In this document: positions 38,442 to 47,557 of the stretch, piece after piece
Numbering within the stretch: the stretch's first letter is position 1
Layout: every line of letters starts with the position of its first letter
Assembly: GCA_014239585.1 (NCBI GenBank)
Contig: JAAZYP010000001.1
Span: forward strand, 7,752 to 71,751
Direction of reading: 5' to 3'
From: Nanobdellota archaeon
Lineage (GTDB): Archaea; Nanobdellota; Nanobdellia; UBA10117; ARS21
Length of the DNA stretch: 64,000 nucleotides
Position numbers and translations under genes: made by a program
The notes under the pieces: model-generated
Databases searched by the model: none
What the model saw: only the letters and a program-made list of their open reading frames with translations
Told to the model about the DNA's origin: nothing

Positions 38442-39385
38442 TTTTCTATTAATGCCAAGTCCTTAAAGAAAACTTGAGCGATTGATAATATGATTGGACC
38501 GATAATTATTCCAACAAGTCCGAGTATGCTCATTCCGCCGAATACTCCGACAAAAATAATTAGTGGATGTAATCGTGCTTTTCGACTCATTAAAATTGGT
38601 CTTAATGAATAATCTAAGATACTACCAATGATTATACCGTAAAGTATCAAACCAATTGAAGTCATTGTATCTCCAGCTGCAAAAATGATTAGACCTGCAA
38701 CTAAATAAAGCGCATAAGGTCCTACGACAGGTAAGAAGGATAGAATTCCGGCAACAAGTCCGGCCATTAGCGGGTAACCCAAATCAAACATATAAAATCC
38801 GAATCCCGCAACAAATGCTTGAATCATACCGATAAATAGCGTAACATAAACAAATGCATCTACGTTTTGTTGAATATTTGTGAGAACTTGCATTTTCTTT
38901 CGAGCAGGTAGAGGTAATGCATCTTCTGCCCAATTAATGACTTTTCGCCCATCCTTTAAGAAATAGAATAGAGATATGAAAAAGATTACACTGGAAAGCA
39001 TGAAGTAGGGTAATTGCAAGATTAAATTAGACAAATATTGAGACGTATTCAATACAAAGAATCTAATAATTTCATACGTGCTTGAAGAAAGATTATCTGT
39101 TTTAGAAGTTATAGTGTCATAAATATTCCAAATTTCATTCAAAATGAAATCGATACCGTTGTTGAATAAATATGCGATCACTCCAATAAAAAATATACAA
39201 ATTATCAGCGCAGATAAGGTTGGATTCAATTTATTATTCAATTTATTAAAGATCGGGTATGAAAAATAAGCAACGATTCCTGCGAAAATTAGTGGAGTTA
39301 AATAAGGCCAAGCAACAATAAATGCGAGAATACCAACAAACAAAGTTAGTCCCAATTCAGCTAGTTGTTTGTTCTGCAAAGCCAT
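38438..39385 (-). CDS. AI-2E family transporter (PerM/UPF0118-type permease)
   Basis: 315 aa with about 8 TM segments and a conserved G/P-rich region (LSFLPVVGPY). Confidence 0.8.
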   Translation of the reverse strand: MALQNKQLAELGLTLFVGILAFIVAWPYLTPLIFAGIVAYFSYPIFNKLNNKLNPTLSALIICIFFIGVIAYLFNNGIDFILNEIWNIYDTITSKTDNLSSSTYEIIRFFVLNTSQYLSNLILQLPYFMLSSVIFFISLFYFLKDGRKVINWAEDALPLPARKKMQVLTNIQQNVDAFVYVTLFIGMIQAFVAGFGFYMFDLGYPLMAGLVAGILSFLPVVGPYALYLVAGLIIFAAGDTMTSIGLILYGIIIGSILDYSLRPILMSRKARLHPLIIFVGVFGGMSILGLVGIIIGPIILSIAQVFFKDLALIEK

Positions 39386-39407
39386 GCTTAATTTTAGTTA
39401 TTCATAT

Positions 39408-40031
39408 TTATAATAGTTCTGCTAATTCAGATAAATCATTAATTATTATGTCGGGATTTTCAAGAATTATTTCTTTATGATTTCTTGAACCGAGCAAAAT
39501 TATTGATTTTGTCCCATACGCCTTTGCAGTTTTTACATCAACTTCGATATCGCCAATATATGCAACTATCTCTTGTTCAAGAATATCGGCCAATTTCTTA
39601 AGTGGTTCAGGATCTGGTTTCGGATTAACTACATCATCAACTGCAACAATCGCCTTGAAAAGTTTAGGATCAATACCTACAATTTTCAAATTATCAATAA
39701 CTTGTTGATGTTTTGCATTAGAAACTATTGCCAAATCATATTTTGATTTCAAGCGCAATAATGTTAAATTTACATTAGGTTTTAATTTAAATTTTGTAAC
39801 ATCCAATAACGATTGTTTATCCTCGAGAATTTTGTTCAATTTTCGACTAGTGAGATTGGGATAAAATTCTTGAACTAATTCTTTGGCAGGAACACCAATT
39901 AATGATTTTATCATATTTTTATCTACACGTAATAAATTATTTTTATGAAATGATTCATTAAATGCTGCAGCAAGTGCATCTTTACTATCCACAAGCGTAC
40001 CATCAAAATCAAATGCAACTATTTGTTTCAT
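39408..40031 (-). CDS. HAD-superfamily phosphatase
   Basis: Motif I FDFDGTLVDS, motif II SNA, and motif III/IV K...GD.E.D. Confidence 0.85.
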   Translation of the reverse strand: MKQIVAFDFDGTLVDSKDALAAAFNESFHKNNLLRVDKNMIKSLIGVPAKELVQEFYPNLTSRKLNKILEDKQSLLDVTKFKLKPNVNLTLLRLKSKYDLAIVSNAKHQQVIDNLKIVGIDPKLFKAIVAVDDVVNPKPDPEPLKKLADILEQEIVAYIGDIEVDVKTAKAYGTKSIILLGSRNHKEIILENPDIIINDLSELAELL

Positions 40032-41065
40032 AATTTAAACCTTAATTTAGCAAGTATACCTTTGAGTCCATTTAACTTTTTACCTGCTGAACTAGTTGAA
40101 TTAATAATTGTTATAGATCCACCATTATTTTCAACACTATCTAAGATTTTACCCATCTCTTCTGAATCCATCAATTTTTCAGTCAAAACTAATTCATCAA
40201 TCGCGCCCAAATCGGTAGCAGATTTAACATTCTTTAAACCGTAAATAATAAGTTCTGAACGTTTGGCGATTAATTCAAGAAATTCGTTAACAATTTTCTC
40301 ATCTTTAGCAAGTTTACTATCTTTAATTATTCGTTCAAGGACTTTACCTGAAATTATTTCACGAATTCCGGATTCGTCTCCATCTGAAACATCTTCCAAA
40401 TTAATTTTGCTTGCAACATCCTTATTTAATTCAAGAACTTTTTTCTGAACGATTTCTTTCCAGAAAAGTGGACTACCCAAAATTATTGTATCCACTTCGT
40501 AAGATTCATAATTTTTTATAATATTTTTTGCTACGCGAGCAATATCCTTTTCGCCCTGATTTTTATTTTCTTTATATCTTTTTTTAGATAATCGTAAATT
40601 TAATTGACCGAGTTTAGTGTAACCAGATGCAGTAATGTGTGCAAAAGATGAAATTTCATCATCTAAAACACAGATAAGTGCCTTTGGAGCTTTTGAAGCT
40701 AATTCAGCTTCCTTAATTAATGTTAATTGATAAGGTTTCCAGGATTCTTTATTGATTTCAATTTCACTACCTTCTTCAAAATCAATTGAATGAGATGAAT
40801 TGAAAGCAATACCTTCAATTTCACTTTCTACAGATCCATTAATTCTAAATTTTGATCCAATTTCTATCTGTTTAACGCGCACTGAAACCCATATTGATTT
40901 TTTAACTGATTTTTGACGACCACCTTCGGCACCAAATTTGATTTTTCTACTACTTTTTCCGCGAACAATATCTTCCTTTTCAATGATTTGTTTTAGATAT
41001 AGAAAATCATCCATCGAATCGAGTCTAAGTACAACGCGGTTCTCGCTTTTTGACAAGAATTCCAT
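40028..41065 (-). CDS. pelA: Pelota (Dom34-like mRNA surveillance factor)
   Basis: From ATG 41065 the protein starts MEFLSKSENRVVLRLDSMDDFLYLKQII. It has an eRF1-like central and C-terminal domain. The track ORF's 32 extra N-terminal codons were rejected. Confidence 0.85.
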   Translation of the reverse strand: MEFLSKSENRVVLRLDSMDDFLYLKQIIEKEDIVRGKSSRKIKFGAEGGRQKSVKKSIWVSVRVKQIEIGSKFRINGSVESEIEGIAFNSSHSIDFEEGSEIEINKESWKPYQLTLIKEAELASKAPKALICVLDDEISSFAHITASGYTKLGQLNLRLSKKRYKENKNQGEKDIARVAKNIIKNYESYEVDTIILGSPLFWKEIVQKKVLELNKDVASKINLEDVSDGDESGIREIISGKVLERIIKDSKLAKDEKIVNEFLELIAKRSELIIYGLKNVKSATDLGAIDELVLTEKLMDSEEMGKILDSVENNGGSITIINSTSSAGKKLNGLKGILAKLRFKL

Positions 41066-41081
41066 GGTTTTTAAACAAAAA

Positions 41082-41094
41082 CTATATATTAAAA
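41082..41094. promoter_or_regulatory. TATA-like element placed to serve both divergent genes (pelota and the envelope operon)
   Basis: CTATATATTAAAA is centred about 23 nt from the pelota ATG (41065, minus strand) and about 24 nt from the ATG at 41112 (plus strand). The intergenic region is only 46 bp. Confidence 0.5.
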
Positions 41095-41111
41095 GGTTGC
41101 CAGATAAGTTT

Positions 41112-42272
41112 ATGCGTAAACGAGGTGTCCAGACGTTACCGAGCCCGACTGCATCAGTCACTGTGTTAGTCGTTTTGGCAGGATTTTTATTATTCGTTTT
41201 ATCTATCCCAGAAATTGATAGACAAGAATTAATTACAAATAATCAGGCTTCAATCGAAGAAATTGTATTATTTTCTAAAGAAAACATTAAATTTGATGGA
41301 TATTCGGGATTGACTAAAGATATATTAAATTTTTCAGACTTTACGCTAGACGGGACCAATCGTCTGGAAAAAACATTAATTGCTTCAGATTTTGAATTAA
41401 ACTCAAATTTATTTAAAACATCAAATTTCGAGTTTTCATTTACTCCCAATTATGATTCGACAACAATTGGACACCAAATCACCTTTGATGTTGATTCAGT
41501 AAATGGATACGGAAAAATTAAAGTATATCTAAATGGTGATGAAATTGGATCATTTGAACCCAATGAGGGACAAACTTTAAATTTAGAATTACCAAATTCA
41601 GAATTAATTGGTGGATTAAATCAAATTAAAATAAGTGGAAAATATATTGGATTAAATCCATTTAATGGTCTAAAATTAGCTCTTACTAATTTAGCAATTT
41701 TAGAAAAGAAACAAGGAATTGAGCTTGAAAAAACTCTAATGTTTTACTTACCTGAAGATCAAATAATTGATTCAGCAAAAGTTAACTTTTTGATGAGAAA
41801 TTTGGGAGAAACAATGCAATCGCCAATTATTGTTTATTTGAATTCTAATGAAATATTCCAAATTAGTTCCCCAGGTTCAGTATATTTTTCATTACCTGTT
41901 TCAAAAATTAGTTCCGAAATGAATATTATAAAATTTGTAATTGATAGAGGAAGCGAATTTGAAGTTTTGTTCCCAAAAATTACCACTTATACTTCTCGAG
42001 AATCAGCGGTAAAAAATTACCAATTTAATATAGATCAAACGGAGGCGAGATTAGTTACTGAAGGAAGAGCAAGTTGCAGTTTAAATTTAAACTCAGATGA
42101 TGAAGATGCTGAAATCGAAGTAGTTATTAATGGATTTTCAAAATTAATACATTTGGAAAATGAAAATTATGAAGAAAATATTTGTGATAATTTAGTTTAT
42201 GGAACAAATAATATTTATTTATCTTCAGATAAGTCCTTCGATCTAAACGAAATCGTAATTAAATTATATTAA
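41112..42272 (+). CDS. Envelope operon protein 1: signal-anchored protein with three internal repeats
   Basis: From ATG 41112: MRKRG, then a hydrophobic anchor (VTVLVVLAGFLLFVLS). It has three modules sharing an I.V(Y/V)(L/I)N(G/S)..I ... N.I(K/Y). pattern. No family recognised. Confidence 0.6.
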   Translation: MRKRGVQTLPSPTASVTVLVVLAGFLLFVLSIPEIDRQELITNNQASIEEIVLFSKENIKFDGYSGLTKDILNFSDFTLDGTNRLEKTLIASDFELNSNLFKTSNFEFSFTPNYDSTTIGHQITFDVDSVNGYGKIKVYLNGDEIGSFEPNEGQTLNLELPNSELIGGLNQIKISGKYIGLNPFNGLKLALTNLAILEKKQGIELEKTLMFYLPEDQIIDSAKVNFLMRNLGETMQSPIIVYLNSNEIFQISSPGSVYFSLPVSKISSEMNIIKFVIDRGSEFEVLFPKITTYTSRESAVKNYQFNIDQTEARLVTEGRASCSLNLNSDDEDAEIEVVINGFSKLIHLENENYEENICDNLVYGTNNIYLSSDKSFDLNEIVIKLY

Positions 42273-42273
42273 T

Positions 42274-44193
42274 ATGGGACTTAAAGATTGGTTCAAAAAT
42301 AAAGCATCTTCACTAAATAAAGATAAAATTAAAGAAAAAACAAAAGATGCAGTTTCGTGGAGTTGGTCAGGAACTAAAAAAGCCGCACCAGTTGCAGGTG
42401 CTTACGTGCTAGGAAAAGCCGCAGCTGCTAAAGATACCACTAAATCTTTCTTTTTTACGGGAATTGGCGGAAGAATTACGGGGGTATTAATCGTATTTTT
42501 ATTTGCAAGCATGGGTTTCGTGAGCGGATATCCATTATATGTTGTGGCATGGATGGGTGGTCAAATCTGGGGAGGATTTAATTTAATAGCTTATCAAGTT
42601 CCATCTCTTATGCCGGTACCAGACTTCTTTTTTACTTCAGCAGCACAATTTACAAAGGGCTCAGTTGGTGCAATTTTAAATGCAATTTTCGGAATGCAAA
42701 TAATAAAACAAAGTAGCATTAGGGGGTTCATAAGGTCATTATTGTCAGTATCGTTCATGTGGGTTTGGATAAGTATGGTGTTTGTAACAGTATATACTGG
42801 ATACTATCCAGTTATTGCTGATGGACCATCACCCATAGGATTGTGCGGATTACATCAAACCGCAAACGATATGATTGGTGCTGACCCAATAAGTTGTGAT
42901 CCATATGACTTAGGATTACAAACAAATCGATTTGCAGATCAATTAGAAGATAATGAATTTATCGATTTACTCTTCAGTCCATTGTTGATAAAAACCGATC
43001 AAGGATCTTATTTTGAATCAGATCGCATAGATACGAATTATTTGACAAATGAAGATGCGGGATCAACAATTAGTAATTTGGGTTCAACTGAATCAACATA
43101 TTCATATTATGAAGGTGAAATACCAGTGGAAACACAAGATATTGAAATTTCAGGGAAATTAACTTCAAAAACATTGTTTATTGGCGGAAGTGGCACAGGT
43201 GAACAATACATAAACATAACTTTGACTCCGGAAATTGATCAGATACAATGTTCTTGTGAAGATTTAACTTGTAAACCATTAAGTGACGAAGTAGTTGACG
43301 GATTCAGATCTATAATCTCACAAAATGAATATAATATTGATAATGCGAATACTTGGTGTTCAATGCCTTGGACATGTAATATTCCTGGAGCAGAAAAAAT
43401 TGAAGATAACACATTTAGAGTAAAAAGCGCAGTTAACCAACAAATTGAATGTATTCATGACGGATTAGCGATAAATGATTCAAAATTAACAAGTTCTAAG
43501 ACTGGAAGGAAAAGATATGGCGGATTGGGAAGACAATTTTATGTAGATCTGGGATTCGCTTACGATACTTCAGCAATTGTCACAAAACAACTATTAATCA
43601 TAGATAGATCGGTTGTAGAATCGCACGAAGATCCAATAACATATTTGAATTTAGATAATAGTGTAACTGAATCTAAATCAGTAACTGATGGAAAAGTAGA
43701 ATTCGGAATAGGTATAGATAAATCTGAAGATTATTTGGTACCGAATTATGCGGGAGATTCAATTCCAAATACTGTAAAATTAGGAATAAGTATAAACAAC
43801 CCGAGATCTTCAAAAGGAGATATATCTAATTTAAAGATTATTTTGAAAGTTTATCCAGCTAATGAACATATACAATTTGTATGTGATTCTCCAGATTTCA
43901 GCAATGTGGCAGAAGAATGGAGTTTAAATAACCCCTGTTCAGTAGGCGAAAATACAGGAAATTTCAAGTTTAACGGAAATAAAGATGGATATTCAGAATT
44001 TGTTTTAGAGTCATCACGGGCAATAGACTTTGTAAACTCAGATGATAGTGAGACATTTTTCTTAACAATGTTTGTTGATGAAGACTCATTAGTAAGTGCG
44101 AGTTATCAAGGAATATATGTTAGATCGGACGTATCATATACTTTTGAAAGTATCTTATCTACAGATTTCCGTGTATCTCCAAGCAAGTTTTAG
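42274..44193 (+). CDS. Envelope operon protein 2: polytopic membrane protein with a Cys-containing ectodomain of about 450 aa
   Basis: 639 aa. The start is 1 nt after the previous stop. It has a basic amphipathic N-terminus, 3-5 hydrophobic segments (aa 65-185), then a long hydrophilic domain with many Cys. No family recognised. Confidence 0.6.
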   Translation: MGLKDWFKNKASSLNKDKIKEKTKDAVSWSWSGTKKAAPVAGAYVLGKAAAAKDTTKSFFFTGIGGRITGVLIVFLFASMGFVSGYPLYVVAWMGGQIWGGFNLIAYQVPSLMPVPDFFFTSAAQFTKGSVGAILNAIFGMQIIKQSSIRGFIRSLLSVSFMWVWISMVFVTVYTGYYPVIADGPSPIGLCGLHQTANDMIGADPISCDPYDLGLQTNRFADQLEDNEFIDLLFSPLLIKTDQGSYFESDRIDTNYLTNEDAGSTISNLGSTESTYSYYEGEIPVETQDIEISGKLTSKTLFIGGSGTGEQYINITLTPEIDQIQCSCEDLTCKPLSDEVVDGFRSIISQNEYNIDNANTWCSMPWTCNIPGAEKIEDNTFRVKSAVNQQIECIHDGLAINDSKLTSSKTGRKRYGGLGRQFYVDLGFAYDTSAIVTKQLLIIDRSVVESHEDPITYLNLDNSVTESKSVTDGKVEFGIGIDKSEDYLVPNYAGDSIPNTVKLGISINNPRSSKGDISNLKIILKVYPANEHIQFVCDSPDFSNVAEEWSLNNPCSVGENTGNFKFNGNKDGYSEFVLESSRAIDFVNSDDSETFFLTMFVDEDSLVSASYQGIYVRSDVSYTFESILSTDFRVSPSKF

Positions 44194-44230
44194 ACATAAG
44201 ATATAAAAACAATGAAGAACATTCAAACAC

Positions 44231-45256
44231 ATGATAAAACCGGCAAAATTAGCCATACTGTTCGTTTTGATAGTATTATTTAGTGGATGTACTGATACTA
44301 CAACTGAAGATACTACTACGTCAGATGCAAATGGTGTCGATTTTGATATTTATGCGGATACTTTACAAGCAAAACAATATGAGGGGCAAGCATTCGGATT
44401 TCAAGTTCTAGCAGAAAATGAAGGTAGTTATAATATACCTCAAACTCATTTCAAATTATTCCTGGAAGGAATAAATCCAATAACGTATGGATTAACCGTA
44501 GAAGATTTCATTAAAGAAAATACATTGGAATTAACTTCCATTGGAATATATAATGATGAATTATCAATTCGAGGACAGGAAGTATTTTCATTTGAAAATT
44601 TATGTTATAAAAACGATTTAGATAGTAATCTTAAATTAGATATACATCTCAGATCCTGTTATAGTTATGAAACAAGTGCAAAGGTTGGAGCATGTTTTGG
44701 TGAAGCATATTCTCAATTTAATGAAATTTGTACTGTAACTGAGAGCAAAACCGTAACTAATTCAATTTCACCAGTAAAAGTAACTGAAATTTATGAAAGT
44801 GGTGCAGGAGGAGATGACTATAGATTTATTGTAAAAGTTGCAAATCAGGGTGACGGAAAAGTATTTTCAAGATATGCTACTGCACGAGATAATCCGACAA
44901 CACCTTTGGACACCACAATTTCAAATTCAATGAAATCCTGTACTGATCTATCACCGGGATTAAATGATATGGTTTATGTCGAAAGTATAAAATTAGACGG
45001 TGCAGAATTACTTGGAACATCAGAACTTGTACTTGAAACAAAACTTACTGACGCGAATGTAGCGAGTAATAATCCGAATAAAGGTAATTATTTCAATTTA
45101 GTTGATGGCAGAGGACAATTTATATTCAAATTAACAGAAGTAACAGATGTAGATTACGTCGGAACATTAGAAATAGTTTTAGGATACGGATACACTGAAA
45201 CTACAGTTCGAAATACAGAACTGATTGCATTGCCTGATGTAGTTCCAGAGTGTTAA
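44231..45256 (+). CDS. Envelope operon protein 3: predicted lipobox-anchored surface protein
   Basis: MIKPAKLAILFVLIVLFSGC signal with a lipobox-like LFSGC. Paralogous to the next gene. Confidence 0.6.
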   Translation: MIKPAKLAILFVLIVLFSGCTDTTTEDTTTSDANGVDFDIYADTLQAKQYEGQAFGFQVLAENEGSYNIPQTHFKLFLEGINPITYGLTVEDFIKENTLELTSIGIYNDELSIRGQEVFSFENLCYKNDLDSNLKLDIHLRSCYSYETSAKVGACFGEAYSQFNEICTVTESKTVTNSISPVKVTEIYESGAGGDDYRFIVKVANQGDGKVFSRYATARDNPTTPLDTTISNSMKSCTDLSPGLNDMVYVESIKLDGAELLGTSELVLETKLTDANVASNNPNKGNYFNLVDGRGQFIFKLTEVTDVDYVGTLEIVLGYGYTETTVRNTELIALPDVVPEC

Positions 45257-45258
45257 CT

Positions 45259-46206
45259 ATGAAATTAAAACAGATATTTTCAGTATTGTTAGTAATATTA
45301 ATTAGTGGATGTATTGGCGGTGGAGTTGAATCAGAATCACCAGTTATACAGGGAGACTCAGGAGTAGAATTTGAAATCCAAAATCTTCCTAGCGGAGTAA
45401 GAAGTAATACAGATTTAGCGTTTACAGTATTAGCAACAAATTATGGCGGATATTCAGTACCGATTGGCGCAATTCAAATCAGATTAGCCAATACAAATTT
45501 CTTTGAAACAATTCTAACCGAAGATTTAGATCAAAGTAAATTGACGGGGAGTACAAATGCTCTAACAAACGCAGTACCTTTATCAAAAAGAATTCCCGAG
45601 TTAAATAGAGGAGATGTAATCTTTTTTGAGTATGATCCAGTAAAATTCAAATTACCCGGAATTCCGGGTGATAAAACTTCATTATCGGTAGATACGTGTT
45701 ATTATTATCAAACAGATGGATTAACTGATATTTGTATATCTGATGATAGTTATGGTGAAATCTGTAATGCGGTTGGAGCGAAAGAAACATTTTCTTCAGC
45801 ATCATCATTAAAAATTGTGGGAGTAGAACAATTGAATAGTCTAAAAACTGGACCCCCTGCTTTAGCTAATATCCGTTCAACAATTAAATTCAAAATCAAA
45901 TATGTGGGAGATGGAACAATTAACTCAAAATCAAATGACTTTACTTGTTCAGATATAGACTTAACTCCAAATTCAATAAGATTAAATTCAATAAAAATTG
46001 GAAGCCAAATTGTTGAAGATATTGATGATTCTTGCGGAGGATCGGATGTAATTTATTTAGATGAACTCGGTGAAGCGTCAATCACATGTAGTTTATTGAC
46101 ATATGCTGGATGGACAACTCAATTGGGCGAATTCAATGAACGTTTAACTTTTAGCGTAGACTATGTTGAAAATAAAATAATTTCAAAAGATTTATCAATT
46201 ATATAA
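45259..46206 (+). CDS. Envelope operon protein 4: predicted lipobox-anchored surface protein, paralog of protein 3
   Basis: From ATG 45259: MKLKQIFSVLLVILISGC. Motifs shared with protein 3 are GV(D/E)F(D/E)I, F.VLA.N.G.Y..P and CY.Y.T. Confidence 0.6.
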   Translation: MKLKQIFSVLLVILISGCIGGGVESESPVIQGDSGVEFEIQNLPSGVRSNTDLAFTVLATNYGGYSVPIGAIQIRLANTNFFETILTEDLDQSKLTGSTNALTNAVPLSKRIPELNRGDVIFFEYDPVKFKLPGIPGDKTSLSVDTCYYYQTDGLTDICISDDSYGEICNAVGAKETFSSASSLKIVGVEQLNSLKTGPPALANIRSTIKFKIKYVGDGTINSKSNDFTCSDIDLTPNSIRLNSIKIGSQIVEDIDDSCGGSDVIYLDELGEASITCSLLTYAGWTTQLGEFNERLTFSVDYVENKIISKDLSII

Positions 46207-46219
46207 TTCATTGAAAGTT

Positions 46220-46777
46220 ATGCACCCTTTAGATAATATTTATTCGTGTAATTTATGTCAAGACCTTACTAAAAATCGCATTCAAGTTGTTGTCGGAGAC
46301 GGTAATTTAACTCCAAACATACTCTTTATTGGTGAAGCACCTGGAGCACAAGAAGATATTGAAGGAAAACCCTTTGTTGGACGTTCAGGAAAAATTCTCA
46401 GAAATGCACTCTCAGAATTGAAAATTAGTGATTTTTATATTACCAATTTAGTAAAATGTAGGCCTACAAATAATAGAGACCCAACTTCAGAAGAATCAAA
46501 AAATTGTTTTCCTTATTTAAAGTTACAACTTAAACAATTAAATCCAAAAATAATTTGTACACTGGGAAGACATTCAACTAAAAAACTTCTAACGGCAAGT
46601 GGAATTGATATGAAAACAATTACTGCTCACCGGGGAACTAAAATTGATATATCTATTGACGGGGTAAAATATTTGTTATTGCCAATGTATCATCCTGCTG
46701 CAACAATTTATAATCAAAAATTAAAAGAAAATTTTATTTCTGATCTAAAGAAATTATCCGATATAGCTGGTATCTGA
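46220..46777 (+). CDS. udg: Uracil-DNA glycosylase, family 4 type
   Basis: Motifs GEAPGAQEDIEGKPFVGRSGKIL and HPAA, with four Cys spaced as in Fe-S family-4 UDGs. The first ATG is at 46220; the track ORF starts at TTG 46211. Confidence 0.85.
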   Translation: MHPLDNIYSCNLCQDLTKNRIQVVVGDGNLTPNILFIGEAPGAQEDIEGKPFVGRSGKILRNALSELKISDFYITNLVKCRPTNNRDPTSEESKNCFPYLKLQLKQLNPKIICTLGRHSTKKLLTASGIDMKTITAHRGTKIDISIDGVKYLLLPMYHPAATIYNQKLKENFISDLKKLSDIAGI

Positions 46778-47557
46778 AGATTTGTTATACATTCGCTTTA
46801 CTGTTTTTGAAAGAACTTTCTTTTGATCTTCAATACTTTTAACTTTCTCTTTAGCTTCACGTTTAATTTCTTTATCTAAATCAGATAATTTTACATCAAC
46901 TTCTAAAATATCTTTCAAAGCTTTCAATAAAGCTTTAGATTCCTTTAAACCTATATGAAATTGATGTCCAAAAGTTTCAACTAATAGCGAAATACCATAT
47001 ATTTTTTTGAATTTACTGAGACCCAAAATTAAACCAGTTGCACCAATAATTGCATCTGCCTTTATTTTTTTGAAATTTACTTTATTTGTTAATTTTGCAA
47101 ATCGTTCTTTAGCAAGTTCACTATTTGCAACACCATAAACTTTGGGATTATCTGGTTCAGTTCCAAGACCAATTCCTCCCAGAGTTATAAGTTCCTTACA
47201 ACCATGTTTATGTGCCAATTCAACAATTAAATTGCTGAATTCATAACTTGATTCTTCATCAACAGGTTGTACATCACCCGATAATAACATTAAATCACGA
47301 TTTTTTAATTTAACAGAATATAAAGTTACAGAAGGTAGTTCGATTAAATTATCATCATTAACAAAAACTGAATGCGGAAAACTTGTTGAGTAGATATTAT
47401 ACATGATTTTATGATCTAATTGATCTATTAAAAAATCAACTGCAATTTTACCCACATTACCTATCCCAGGAAGACCTTCGATCAAAATGGGATTTTTTAA
47501 TTTTCTTGAAGCTTCAATTTGCCGCTTAACAATCCATTTATTCATAATTTTAGTCAT
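46754..47557 (-). CDS. PAC2-family (proteasome assembly chaperone-like, COG1938) protein
   Basis: IEGLPGIGNVGKIAVDFLI motif. Confidence 0.75.
   Translation of the reverse strand: MTKIMNKWIVKRQIEASRKLKNPILIEGLPGIGNVGKIAVDFLIDQLDHKIMYNIYSTSFPHSVFVNDDNLIELPSVTLYSVKLKNRDLMLLSGDVQPVDEESSYEFSNLIVELAHKHGCKELITLGGIGLGTEPDNPKVYGVANSELAKERFAKLTNKVNFKKIKADAIIGATGLILGLSKFKKIYGISLLVETFGHQFHIGLKESKALLKALKDILEVDVKLSDLDKEIKREAKEKVKSIEDQKKVLSKTVKRMYNKSSDTSYIG

Noticed and set aside
40938-41111. N-terminal 58 codons of the track ORF 40938-42272.
   Set aside because: It overlaps the pelota coding region on the opposite strand. The sequence from ATG 41112 begins with a typical basic N-terminus plus hydrophobic anchor and has correct TATA spacing.
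41112-41200. Possible class III (type IV prepilin-like) signal in envelope protein 1 (MRKRG/VQTL...).
   Set aside because: The hydrophobic stretch starts about 10 residues after the KRG, not directly after the putative cleavage site. No pilus ATPase, platform protein or prepilin peptidase gene is nearby. I treat it as a signal anchor.
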